This document shows positions 46,874 to 55,666 of a stretch of 64,000 nt of DNA, one piece after another. A program made the position numbers and the translations under genes. Origin of the DNA: Dehalococcoidales bacterium (GTDB lineage: Bacteria > Chloroflexota > Dehalococcoidia > Dehalococcoidales > JAUWZL01). The first letter of the stretch is position 1; each line of letters starts with the position of its first letter. Where the stretch lies: the NCBI GenBank assembly GCA_034413595.1, contig DAOUMC010000026.1:1320-65319 (forward strand). Direction: 5' to 3'. The notes below the pieces were generated by a model. The model did not search any database. It had not been told where the DNA came from and saw only the letters and a program-made list of their open reading frames with translations.

Positions 46874-47503
46874 ATGTTTACCGGAATCATAGAGGAGATA
46901 GGCACGGTTGTTTCGGTTTCGGCTGGTAAGCTGGTCGTTTCTGCGGGCAAGGTTCTTCAGGGAATAGAGCTCGGGGGAAGCATCAGTGTCAATGGTGCCT
47001 GCCTGACGGTGATCGGGTTTGATGCCGGTTCGTTTACTGTTGACATAATGTTAGAGACACTAGAGCGGACCAATCTTGGCCTGCTGCATGCCGGAGACAG
47101 GGTTAACCTGGAAAGACCACTGACCCTTGATAAGCCATTAGGCGGCCACCTGGTACAGGGGCACGTAGATACCACTGGCAGGGTAGCCTCGGTAATACAG
47201 GAAGGTAAGACAACCAGAATCGGCATTGAAGCCCCGGTCGAAGTGATGTCCTACATAGTCAAAAAGGGGTTTATTGCTGTTGATGGCATCAGCCTGACCG
47301 TGGCTGCTATATATGCCGGTTTCTTTGAGGTTTCTATCGTGGACTATACCCTGAAGAACACCAGTCTGGGCAGCAGAAGAGCGGGCGACCTGGTCAACCT
47401 GGAGGTTGATATTATCGCCAAGTATGTGGAACAATTGGTCAACAAGCCGGGACAGGGAATAACTCTTGATTTCCTGAGGGAGCACGGCTTTGTAGCCGGT
47501 TGA
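46874..47503 (+). CDS. ribE: Riboflavin synthase (alpha chain)
   Basis: [10 protein letters not shown]... with the duplicated lumazine-binding repeat (...GDRVNLE... / ...GDLVNLE...). Confidence 0.92.
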   Translation: MFTGIIEEIGTVVSVSAGKLVVSAGKVLQGIELGGSISVNGACLTVIGFDAGSFTVDIMLETLERTNLGLLHAGDRVNLERPLTLDKPLGGHLVQGHVDTTGRVASVIQEGKTTRIGIEAPVEVMSYIVKKGFIAVDGISLTVAAIYAGFFEVSIVDYTLKNTSLGSRRAGDLVNLEVDIIAKYVEQLVNKPGQGITLDFLREHGFVAG

Positions 47504-47521
47504 TTTAGAGAGAGGAGTATT

Positions 47522-48739
47522 GTGGCACTATCTACTATTGAAGGGGCCATTCGTGACATAAAGGCGGGCAAGTTCATCATCGTGGTTGATGATGAGGCTC
47601 GGGAGAACGAGGGCGACCTGGTCCTGGCCGCCGAGAAGGTCACCCCCGAGGCAATCAACTTCATGGCCCGGCACGCCAGGGGTCTCATCTGCCTGCCGAT
47701 CACCGGCCAGCGTCTGGATGAGCTGAACATTCCTCTGATGGTGAATGATAACACTTCAAAGCTGGGCACTGCCTTTACCGTGTCGATTGAGGCCAAGCAC
47801 AAGGTCACCACTGGCATCTCGGCCTATGATAGGGCGGAGACGATAAAGGCGGTTGTTGACCCGGCGACCAGACCTGAAGACCTGGCCCGTCCGGGGCATA
47901 TTTTTCCCCTGAGGGCCAGGGATGGCGGGGTGCTGGTGAGGGCCGGGCATACCGAGGCCATAGTGGACTTGGCCCGGCTGGCTGGTCTTTACCCCGCCGG
48001 GGTTATCTGTGAAATCATGAACGAGGACGGTTCTATGGCGCGGCTGCCCCAGCTTGAGTTGATGGCGGAAAAGCACGGTATCAAGATTATCACCATAGCC
48101 AGTCTGATTGCCTATCGCCGCCGGCATGAGAAGCTGGTGCATCAGGTGGCTAAGGCTAAGCTGCCCACCAGATATGGCGAGTTCATTGCTATGGCCTATA
48201 AAAGCGATATTGACCCCGATGAACACCTGGCTCTGGTACTGGGCGATATATCTACCAGGGAGCCGGTGCTGGTGCGGGTCCACAGTGAGTGCCTCACCGG
48301 CGACGTCTTTGGCAGCCTTCGCTGTGACTGCGGGGAGCAGGTATCACTGGCTATAAAAAGAATCGCCCAGGAGGGTCGGGGAGTCTTGCTTTATATGAGG
48401 CAGGAAGGCAGGGGTATTGGCTTTCATAACAAAATCTGTGCCTATGCCCTTCAGGATGAAGGACTGGATACCGTAGAGGCCAATCTTTCTCTGGGCTTTG
48501 AACCCGACCTGCGCGACTACGGCATCGGTGCCCAGATTCTGGCCGACCTGGGCCTTAATAAGGTCAGGTTGCTCACCAACAACCCCAAAAAGGTCATCGG
48601 GCTGGAAGGTTATGGTCTTGAAGTGATGGAGACGGTACCCATCATCGTGCCGCCAAACCCTTATAACCGCCGCTATCTGGAAACAAAACAGAAGAAGATG
48701 GGCCACCTGCTGAAGATAAAGGAAACAACTGATAGTTAA
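47522..48739 (+). CDS. ribBA: Bifunctional DHBP synthase / GTP cyclohydrolase II
   Basis: ...[12 protein letters not shown]... (RibB) and ...[20 protein letters not shown]... (RibA zinc site). GTG start. Confidence 0.95.
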   Translation: MALSTIEGAIRDIKAGKFIIVVDDEARENEGDLVLAAEKVTPEAINFMARHARGLICLPITGQRLDELNIPLMVNDNTSKLGTAFTVSIEAKHKVTTGISAYDRAETIKAVVDPATRPEDLARPGHIFPLRARDGGVLVRAGHTEAIVDLARLAGLYPAGVICEIMNEDGSMARLPQLELMAEKHGIKIITIASLIAYRRRHEKLVHQVAKAKLPTRYGEFIAMAYKSDIDPDEHLALVLGDISTREPVLVRVHSECLTGDVFGSLRCDCGEQVSLAIKRIAQEGRGVLLYMRQEGRGIGFHNKICAYALQDEGLDTVEANLSLGFEPDLRDYGIGAQILADLGLNKVRLLTNNPKKVIGLEGYGLEVMETVPIIVPPNPYNRRYLETKQKKMGHLLKIKETTDS

Positions 48740-48764
48740 CGGACTTTTCATCAAGGAGGCTTAA

Positions 48765-49232
48765 ATGAGTAAAACTTTTGAGGGCATGCTGCTGGGGGAG
48801 GGGCTGAAGTTTGGAGTGGTGATTTCTCGTTTTAATGAGTTCATCAGTCAGAAGCTGCTGGAGGGAGCCCAGGACGCCCTGCGCCGCCATGGTGTTAATG
48901 ACGGGGATGTGGATGTTGCCTGGACACCGGGCTCCTTTGAAATCCCGCTGGTGGCTCTGAAGCTGGCTGAGACCAAGAATTATGACGCCATCATCTGTCT
49001 TGGAGCTGTGATACGCGGCGGCACCCCTCACTTTGAGTATATCGCCGCCGAACTGAGCAAGGGTATCGCCAAAGTGGCCCTACAGGCGGGGCTGCCGGTT
49101 GTTCACGGTGTGATTACCGCCGATACCTTGGAGCAGGCCATCGAGCGGGCGGGAACCAAGATGGGCAACAAAGGATTTGATGCCGCAGTTATTGCCATTG
49201 AAATGGCAAATCTTTTGAAGAGGCTGGATTAG
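48765..49232 (+). CDS. ribH: 6,7-dimethyl-8-ribityllumazine synthase
   Basis: ...[10 protein letters not shown]..., ...VPGSFEIP... and ...[14 protein letters not shown]... Confidence 0.95.
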   Translation: MSKTFEGMLLGEGLKFGVVISRFNEFISQKLLEGAQDALRRHGVNDGDVDVAWTPGSFEIPLVALKLAETKNYDAIICLGAVIRGGTPHFEYIAAELSKGIAKVALQAGLPVVHGVITADTLEQAIERAGTKMGNKGFDAAVIAIEMANLLKRLD

Positions 49233-49242
49233 CTACGCGACC

Positions 49243-49497
49243 TCAGTCGGTTACCTTATAGACCTTGTCGCCCCTCCTTACCCGTTCGCTGACCTTGATG
49301 CCGACAGAGTCACCCTTTTTGGCTTTGGTGACGGAGACGTTGTTAATCTCCATTGAGCCAACGGTCATTTCAAGGTCGGTGGTGTGGCCCTGAATATGGA
49401 TTTTGTCACCGAGCTTTAGTTCGTCTGTCAGCTCAATGCCGGCAACCACAGGGTGGGCAAAAAAATCAGACACCGCACCGATTTCTACTTCAGGCAT
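49243..49497 (-). CDS. Small EF-Tu domain-2-like beta-barrel protein
   Basis: MPEVEIGAVSDFFAHPVVAGIELT.ELKLGDKIHI.G...... ......A.KGD.VGIKV is a translation-factor domain II-like pattern. ATG 49497 is preceded by AAGGAGG. Confidence 0.6.
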   Translation of the reverse strand: MPEVEIGAVSDFFAHPVVAGIELTDELKLGDKIHIQGHTTDLEMTVGSMEINNVSVTKAKKGDSVGIKVSERVRRGDKVYKVTD

Positions 49498-49661
49498 CTG
49501 GTTGCCTCCTTCCCTTGATTTGCGATTAGTATACGCCATAGCTTTAACCAAATCAATAGTTTTGACAGGCAGTAGTGAACCCTGACCTTTGATTAAATCT
49601 TTGACATACTCCCTCTTCTTGCATATAATAGGTCTAATTTAAATAATCAGAGAGGGCAGAG

Positions 49662-49889
49662 TTGGCTGATAAAAAAACCGGCGCTAAAAGCAAAGAGCAG
49701 GCTCCTGCTGATGAGAACATTAAGCAGCGCCTGGATATGTTCGACCAGCGTTTGGATAACATTGACTCGATGGTATCGGCGGTTATTGAGCGGGTCATGA
49801 ACCAGCCCCTTTCTGTTGGTGTTACCTGTCCCCACTGTGGCAAAAACATAGAGTTTGCCCTGATAGGTAACAGGAGACCCCGGGTCTGA
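49662..49889 (+). CDS. Hypothetical 75-aa protein with C-terminal CPHCG half-zinc-ribbon
   Basis: TTG start, charged N-terminus. No family recognised. Confidence 0.35.
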   Translation: MADKKTGAKSKEQAPADENIKQRLDMFDQRLDNIDSMVSAVIERVMNQPLSVGVTCPHCGKNIEFALIGNRRPRV

Positions 49890-49967
49890 CCTCGGGCTTA
49901 AGTGAGTTGCCAGGCACTGAAAAGCTCTTAAGCATCACCATGTCTTTTGCTGGATGAAGGAGGACGA

Positions 49968-50576
49968 ATGGAGATAGCAGCCGCCATTAACCGGAGCAAA
50001 TGTGACCTTTTCCACTGGAGATACCACTTAAGCCTGCCCTGGAAATTGACCCTGGCGCTGGGTATGGCCGGAATTACCGGCCTTCTGGCTCAGCTCAGAT
50101 TTCCCGTGCCGTGGAGCCCGGTGCCGATAACCGGGCAGACCTTCGCCGTGCTTTTAGCCGGTGTTCTTCTGGGGAGGTGGTGGGGTGGAGTCAGCATGGT
50201 AATCTATGCCACCCTAGGTGCCGTGGGACTTCCCTGGTTCAGCGGATGGTCCAGCGGACTGGGTACCACCGGTGGCTATATATTTGGCTTTATCCTGGCG
50301 GCTCTTTTTCTGGGCTACTTCACCGACAGGCATATCAAGTTGCGAGGCTTCCTCAGCATGCTGGGGTTAATGCTTGTGGCCAACTTCATCCTGATTTATG
50401 TCCCGGGCCTCATCTGGCTTGGCCTGTGGCTTAATGTGGTCAACCACACACCGGCAACGCTGGCCGGTGTTATCACCATGGGGGTTGTCCCCTTCATAGC
50501 CGGCGACATAACCAAAGCCGTCCTGGCGGCAGCCACGACCAAAGCAGTCATCCCGAAATCGGCCTACGATGCCTAA
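49968..50576 (+). CDS. bioY: Biotin transporter S-component
   Basis: ...PITGQTFAVLLAGVLLG... and ...TGGYIFGFILAA... are BioY signatures. ATG 49968 follows GAAGGAGG. Confidence 0.85.
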   Translation: MEIAAAINRSKCDLFHWRYHLSLPWKLTLALGMAGITGLLAQLRFPVPWSPVPITGQTFAVLLAGVLLGRWWGGVSMVIYATLGAVGLPWFSGWSSGLGTTGGYIFGFILAALFLGYFTDRHIKLRGFLSMLGLMLVANFILIYVPGLIWLGLWLNVVNHTPATLAGVITMGVVPFIAGDITKAVLAAATTKAVIPKSAYDA

Positions 50577-50655
50577 TTAGCGGTGCAAGGTGCACCGGCG
50601 CCGTCGCCATTACTATTGACTTGTCAGCAGACGACCAGTAAAATTAGTCGTTACC

Positions 50656-50732
50656 GGGCGGTTAGCTCAGTTGGTTAGAGCGCTGCGTTGACATCGCAGA
50701 GGTCACTGGTTCAAATCCGGTACCGCCCACCA
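50656..50732 (+). tRNA. tRNA-Val (anticodon GAC), CCA encoded
   Basis: The cloverleaf reads directly: acceptor GGGCGGT/ACCGCCC, D-arm GCTC-AGTTGGTT-AGAGC, anticodon stem CTGCG/CGCAG with loop TTGACAT, T-arm ACTGG-TTCAAAT-CCGGT, and A-CCA. Confidence 0.95.
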
Positions 50733-50967
50733 TAGGTAAAGAAATTACCTTAATTTAGATATGAATAATTCTCTTTCGCTACTCTTTAGCTGCTTTTTCA
50801 GCCTCAGCCTCTGATAATTGAATTACCTTGTCCTGTAAGGTGTTGCCTGCTCGCTGTTTACGTTTCTCGCAAAATTTCCCAGCGGTTTACTAAAGGTGTA
50901 GAATATGCCCGGACACCTCGCTAAAGAGACCATGGACAAATGATTTTCGGAGAAGGTAGTTTTTGCT

Positions 50968-51864
50968 ATGCCTGCGGTTGAAGTTAATCACGTAGCAAAG
51001 TCATACGCGGATAAGGTTGCCGTTGACGACCTGTCCTTCTCTGTAAACCAGGGTGAGATATTCGGTCTTATAGGGCCAAACGGTGCCGGCAAGACTACCA
51101 CCATCAGGATGATGATGGACATCATCAAGCCGGACTCGGGCAACGTAATGGTACTCGGTGAGAGATTGAATGAAACCAGCAAAAACAGGCTCGGCTATAT
51201 GCCTGAGGAAAGAGGCCTGTACAGAAAGCTGACGGTCATTGACTCCATCCTGTATCTTGCTTCGCTCAAGGGTATGGGCAGACACTCGGCCGAGGGAAGA
51301 GCTGACAAGGTGCTCAAGGAGACCGGAATGTATCCTCATAAGAGAAAGAAGATTGAAGAGTTGAGCAGGGGCATGGGGCAGATTATCCAGTTCATTGTTA
51401 CCATCGTCCACGACCCCAGGCTGATTATTCTGGACGAGCCCTTTGCCGGTCTCGACCCGGTTAACACCGAGTTGCTGAAAAGGATGTTCGTTGGCCTGAG
51501 GAACCAGGGCAAAGCCGTAATTCTGAGCACACATCAAATGAATCAGGTAGAGGAACTGTGCGACCGCATTTTAATGATAGACAACGGACGCTCTGTTCTT
51601 TATGGAAATCTCAATGAAATCAAGACCAGGTATAGAAGTCATTCGGTCATTCTGGATTTTGAGGGTGAGTTAGGACAAATACCAGGAGTTATAGAAAAGC
51701 GCGCTAATAAAGGCTACGTTGAACTGGTTCTTGACGCCAGCACAACTCCCAAGCAGGTCCTGGAAGAATTGGTAAGCACCGGCATGGTAATCAATCGCTT
51801 TGAGGTGGCCACTCCTTCGCTGAATGAGATATTCCTGGAGGTGGCGACTGAGAACCATGAATAA
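50968..51864 (+). CDS. ABC transporter ATP-binding protein (ABC-2/NatA-like)
   Basis: Walker A GPNGAGKTT, signature LSRGMGQ, and Walker B LIILDEP. Confidence 0.9.
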   Translation: MPAVEVNHVAKSYADKVAVDDLSFSVNQGEIFGLIGPNGAGKTTTIRMMMDIIKPDSGNVMVLGERLNETSKNRLGYMPEERGLYRKLTVIDSILYLASLKGMGRHSAEGRADKVLKETGMYPHKRKKIEELSRGMGQIIQFIVTIVHDPRLIILDEPFAGLDPVNTELLKRMFVGLRNQGKAVILSTHQMNQVEELCDRILMIDNGRSVLYGNLNEIKTRYRSHSVILDFEGELGQIPGVIEKRANKGYVELVLDASTTPKQVLEELVSTGMVINRFEVATPSLNEIFLEVATENHE

Positions 51865-53071
51865 AACTTACCTGATATTCAGGCATGAATTCCTCCGTAC
51901 GATAAGAAGAACCGGGTTTATCATCCTGACTCTCGTCCTACCGGTGCTGGCCCTTCTGGGCATAGGGGTTTTCCACATCGTGTCGGGAGTGGCCAAACCC
52001 CCGGCGGAAGTGACCCGAATCGGATACGTCGATGAAGTCGGAGGTTTCGACCAGTCTACCGCCCAGGGGAACATTACATTTGTAAGCTTTGATACTCCAG
52101 AAGCCGCCACCCAGGCCCTGATAGACAAGGATGTTACCGAATACTTCGTCATCCCGCCGGACTTTGTCTCGACGGGAATAATCAAACGTTATATCACGCA
52201 GAGAGAGGTTACGCCGTCCGCCGCCACCACGACTGCTATTAAGAATTTCCTTTCAAGTAATCTGCTGGCCGGCAAGGTGCCTGACAGCACCATAGAGAGG
52301 GTTGAAGCGCCCTTGAACCTGGTCACCACGACGCTTACCGAAACCGGGGCCGTGGCTCCGGAGCAGGGCGGGCTTACAAATCTCATTGTCCCCGGCATTT
52401 TTAGCCTTCTGCTGGCCCTGTCTCTCTCTTTCTCTTCCGCCTACGTGCTGCAGGGTCTTGGCGAGGAGAAGGAGAACCGCCTTATGGAGATTTTGCTGTC
52501 TTCGGTCTCCACACGACAGCTGATAATCGGCAAAGTCCTGGGTATCGGTGCCGCCGGACTGGCCCAGGTAGTCGTCTGGGCAGTCTCAATTCCGTTTCTG
52601 CTGAACCTGGCTTCGTCATCTATCGGTGGCTTTCTCAGCACGATACGGATACCTCCCAATTTCCTTGTCCTGGGTGTAGTCTACTTCATACTGGGCTACC
52701 TGTTGTTTGCCGTGCTCTCGGCTGGTGTTGCCGCCGTCAGTACCAGTGTGCGGGAGGGGCAGGGGTTGGCCTCAATATTCACACTTTTCGCGGTTGCCCC
52801 ATTCTGGTTCTACTCTCTAATCTTACTATTCCCAAACAGCCCGATTTGGGCTGTTTTCAGCATTTTTCCGTTCTCTGCCCCTGTGTTAGTGATGTTGAGG
52901 CTTGGCATGACAGGCGTCCCCGTGTGGCAACTAATCGCTAGCATGACCGTAATGGTGCTGTCCATCACCGGGGGACTGCTGCTGGCGGCCAAACTTCTGA
53001 GGACTTACGTACTCATGTATGGCAAAAGACCAGGCCTCGGAGAGATTGTCCGGAATCTCAGGAGTGGCTAG
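51857..53071 (+). CDS. ABC-2 type transporter permease (NatB-like)
   Basis: ATGA overlap with the ATPase gene. N-terminal TM, a large extracytoplasmic loop, then five or six C-terminal TMs. Confidence 0.8.
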   Translation: MNKTYLIFRHEFLRTIRRTGFIILTLVLPVLALLGIGVFHIVSGVAKPPAEVTRIGYVDEVGGFDQSTAQGNITFVSFDTPEAATQALIDKDVTEYFVIPPDFVSTGIIKRYITQREVTPSAATTTAIKNFLSSNLLAGKVPDSTIERVEAPLNLVTTTLTETGAVAPEQGGLTNLIVPGIFSLLLALSLSFSSAYVLQGLGEEKENRLMEILLSSVSTRQLIIGKVLGIGAAGLAQVVVWAVSIPFLLNLASSSIGGFLSTIRIPPNFLVLGVVYFILGYLLFAVLSAGVAAVSTSVREGQGLASIFTLFAVAPFWFYSLILLFPNSPIWAVFSIFPFSAPVLVMLRLGMTGVPVWQLIASMTVMVLSITGGLLLAAKLLRTYVLMYGKRPGLGEIVRNLRSG

Positions 53072-53305
53072 CCTCGATTTCGCAAAGTTATACTTTACCA
53101 CCGGACCGGTCAGGTTTAGTGTGTTTAGAAGTACTGCCTTGATTAATAAGACGTATGTGGTATGATAGAACAACCTTCTGGAGACAGATGAACTCCGTAT
53201 CCGGTGGCCAAGTCGGGAGCCAAGTAAACGGAGAGGCTGGGGGCCTGCCCGCCGGTTGAGCAGCATAGAAAATAAAGCCGGAGCTTTTAACCTTCTGGGT
53301 GCGGG

Positions 53306-53776
53306 ATGTCGTTTATTAAAATAGTCCTTGTAACTGAATTGGTTCTGGCTGCCCTTATCGCCGGATGCCAGGGAGAGATTAAGACGGAAACGACTGGGGG
53401 GCCAGTAATAACCAAAACTGTGTCCAATCAGGTCGAGGTGACCATAGAAGACCTGGCCTTCCACCCGCAGGAGATAAGCATATCTCCGGGGACTAGAGTG
53501 GTATGGAAAAACCTGGATTCAGTGACTCACACGGTTACCAGCTTTATTACCACCCCGGACGAAGACCTGGTATGGCACACGTTTTTAGGTACTATCTGGG
53601 ATAGCGGCAATCTAGCCCCAGGGGAAAGCTTCTCTCTGGTTTTGACTCAGCCTGGCCAATATGATTATGTTTCCGTTCCTTATCTGTTGCCCAAGATAAA
53701 ATGGGGGGAATATCAGACACTTTACATCAGACCTACTTCTGATGTCAGTGGTACCATTATCGTGTTAAACGAGTAG
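53306..53776 (+). CDS. Cupredoxin-fold lipoprotein (no obvious Cys copper ligand)
   Basis: Lipobox LIAGC. ...VTIEDLAFHPQEISISPGTRVVWKNLDSVTHTVTS is plastocyanin/amicyanin-like, but no downstream C-x-x-H-x-x-M is present. Confidence 0.6.
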   Translation: MSFIKIVLVTELVLAALIAGCQGEIKTETTGGPVITKTVSNQVEVTIEDLAFHPQEISISPGTRVVWKNLDSVTHTVTSFITTPDEDLVWHTFLGTIWDSGNLAPGESFSLVLTQPGQYDYVSVPYLLPKIKWGEYQTLYIRPTSDVSGTIIVLNE

Positions 53777-53788
53777 GAAATACTGTTC

Positions 53789-54016
53789 TCACTCGTCGCC
53801 TGATTCTTCCAGCGGAAGGTTAGCAATCGCTCTCTGCATCTGATAGACAAACTGCTCACCGCTATTGATTACCGGTTTTATTGAATAGAACGGCGAGCAG
53901 CACTCGTCCTCCAGGTTGTCATTTACCCCCCTCAATTTACCGATAAAAACGGTCGCCTTTTCCATTTCGTCCTTAATATCAAGAGTGAGCTGGTCAATAA
54001 GACTGCGCCTGGTCAT
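53789..54016 (-). CDS. Hypothetical 75-aa acidic protein
   Basis: Intact ORF. No family recognised. Confidence 0.35.
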   Translation of the reverse strand: MTRRSLIDQLTLDIKDEMEKATVFIGKLRGVNDNLEDECCSPFYSIKPVINSGEQFVYQMQRAIANLPLEESGDE

Positions 54017-54295
54017 ATTTAATCTCCTTTAGACCGTTGAAGTGTTTCTAGTATCCTATATGATATCACTCCTGGCTTCTATGTGCCGGCAGGAGAGGAA
54101 CCGTTCAGCACCCTTTTACCAGCGTTAGTTCAGGGATGATTACGGTTAGTAGTCTTTGACTAAACTCAGGATTGGCCTTCTCTGCGATGCTTCTTCAGGT
54201 CTGAAATTATAGCTGAGAGCCCCAATCGTATTAGTCGCTTTAGGCTGGGGGCAACTGTAAGTTATTTTAAGGCCCACCTGGAATTGTGAAAAAGA

Positions 54296-54907
54296 CTACT
54301 CTGCATAGCCACCACCCTCAGTGGGTGGGGGATAGTATCTTGGGGGGATGTATTGCTTGTAGACACGGACCACTTCGCTGAAGTTATCTTTGAAAGCTTC
54401 AGCCAGAAGCCAGGTGTTGAGGGATATCTTGCCCGTTCCTCCGCATACCTGGTCGGGAACCTGCCCATCTATTACCTCTGCCTGTACCTCGGTAGTACCC
54501 GGAACATCAACACCGGTGCCGAACCAGACGGTGTAATCGGCCTGGGTAGCGGACTTCGCCGGTATCGTTACCCATATATACTGGATATCCATAACCGTGC
54601 TGGCCGGTATGTTTTTGAGGATAAGCTTGACCCATCCCTCGGCGTCAACATCGCCATGGTTTTGCAGGTCAAGCGATAGTTCGTACTTGTAGGCTATGAA
54701 CTGCCCGCAAATCTCCCGGGTTACATAGACCTCCCGGCTCTGTGAACTTACGAGCTCGACGTTCTCCATCTCCGGGTCACTGGCTAAAGAACCGGTACCT
54801 TTGCACACCGGACAGGTGACCTGAAGCAGTGAGGTCACCGCTATTATCGGAACAACGGTGAGAAAAGCAAGGTATTTTTTCTGGATTTTATACCTGCCCA
54901 TAAACAT
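54296..54907 (-). CDS. Membrane-anchored hypothetical protein with DnaJ-like CxxCxGxG motif
   Basis: N-terminal TM helix, then CPVCKGTGS. A second, partial motif VCGGTGK lies near the C-terminus, followed by a Pro/Tyr-rich tail. Confidence 0.55.
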   Translation of the reverse strand: MFMGRYKIQKKYLAFLTVVPIIAVTSLLQVTCPVCKGTGSLASDPEMENVELVSSQSREVYVTREICGQFIAYKYELSLDLQNHGDVDAEGWVKLILKNIPASTVMDIQYIWVTIPAKSATQADYTVWFGTGVDVPGTTEVQAEVIDGQVPDQVCGGTGKISLNTWLLAEAFKDNFSEVVRVYKQYIPPRYYPPPTEGGGYAE

Positions 54908-54980
54908 AGCTCACCTACCTTACAAGCCTACTATACAGGAAAAAACGGTATTTGTCTGCGACTTTTGTCTCACTATTTAG

Positions 54981-55382
54981 CTAGTCAGCCGGCTCTATAG
55001 TAAGGAGACCCTGTTTAAAGTCCAGGCTCGTTCTAAAATGTTCCAAAAAACTCAGGCCCAGCAGCCCCTCAACGCCGGCTAATTTGGGAAACCCCCAGAC
55101 CAGTGACTTAACATTCCTGGCCACCAGGTCGCCGACACTGACTTCCTCAAGCTCTATTTCATCTACTTCAATCAATTCGGCCTTGGTAACGGCTATCGTC
55201 CCGCTCCCGGGGTCATCGGGGCTGAAGTAGGCATCATAGCCAAGCTGTCTGGCATCCTGTAATGGGATGACACAGTACTGGGAGCCCGTGTCTAGGACTG
55301 CCCTGATTTCTCTAACTCCCTTTTCCCCTTTGATGCGTACAAAGAGAGTGATCGGCTTGCCGGCTTCTATCTTAAGCTTCAT
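54981..55382 (-). CDS. Retropepsin-like (clan AA) aspartic protease
   Basis: Catalytic AVLDTGSQYCVI and flap/C-terminal ...GLLGLSFLEHF..., 133 aa, consistent with a homodimeric retropepsin fold. Confidence 0.8.
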   Translation of the reverse strand: MKLKIEAGKPITLFVRIKGEKGVREIRAVLDTGSQYCVIPLQDARQLGYDAYFSPDDPGSGTIAVTKAELIEVDEIELEEVSVGDLVARNVKSLVWGFPKLAGVEGLLGLSFLEHFRTSLDFKQGLLTIEPAD

Positions 55383-55618
55383 CAGAACATCAGTACATGG
55401 CGAGTCTCAGGGACAATGGAGCCGGTATAGACGCTGCAGAACTCACCCTTTAGCTTATCTCTGACCTGAAAGACATCAACGTGCCGGGTAATCAACCTCA
55501 CATTCAGCGGTTGGCCGCTGTCATTTTCCCTTTCCACCACCTCAACCCCCAACCACTGGTTCGGGTACCGGCTGCCGAGCTCTTCTAGGGTCATTATCTC
55601 GTTTTCAGTACTGTTCAT
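55382..55618 (-). CDS. Small 78-aa protein (DUF5678-like?) translationally coupled to the retropepsin gene
   Basis: The stop TGA and the downstream ATG share one base (TGATG). ...LEELGSRYPNQWLGVEVV... resembles, from memory, DUF5678-type small proteins. Confidence 0.5.
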   Translation of the reverse strand: MNSTENEIMTLEELGSRYPNQWLGVEVVERENDSGQPLNVRLITRHVDVFQVRDKLKGEFCSVYTGSIVPETRHVLMF

Positions 55619-55630
55619 AGCGGGAGTTAA

Positions 55631-55658
55631 GAGGGAGACGGAAGCTTCCGTCTCCCTC
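55631..55658. repeat. Perfect 28-nt palindrome GAGGGAGACGGAAGCTTCCGTCTCCCTC
   Basis: Read directly. It lies between the stop of the FAD subunit gene and the start of the 78-aa ORF. There is no U-tract on the minus strand. Confidence 0.8.
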
Positions 55659-55666
55659 TTATTAGT

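Noticed and set aside
50733-53305. tRNA-Val as an integration site for a genomic island (ABC-2 transporter, cupredoxin and others downstream)
   Set aside because: I found no integrase next to the tRNA and no direct repeat of the tRNA 3' end downstream by eye. The composition of the ABC genes looks host-like.
52931-53464. 177-aa minus-strand ORF bridging the ABC permease 3' end and the cupredoxin 5' end
   Set aside because: It overlaps two better-supported + strand genes and their intergenic promoter, and it has no motifs.
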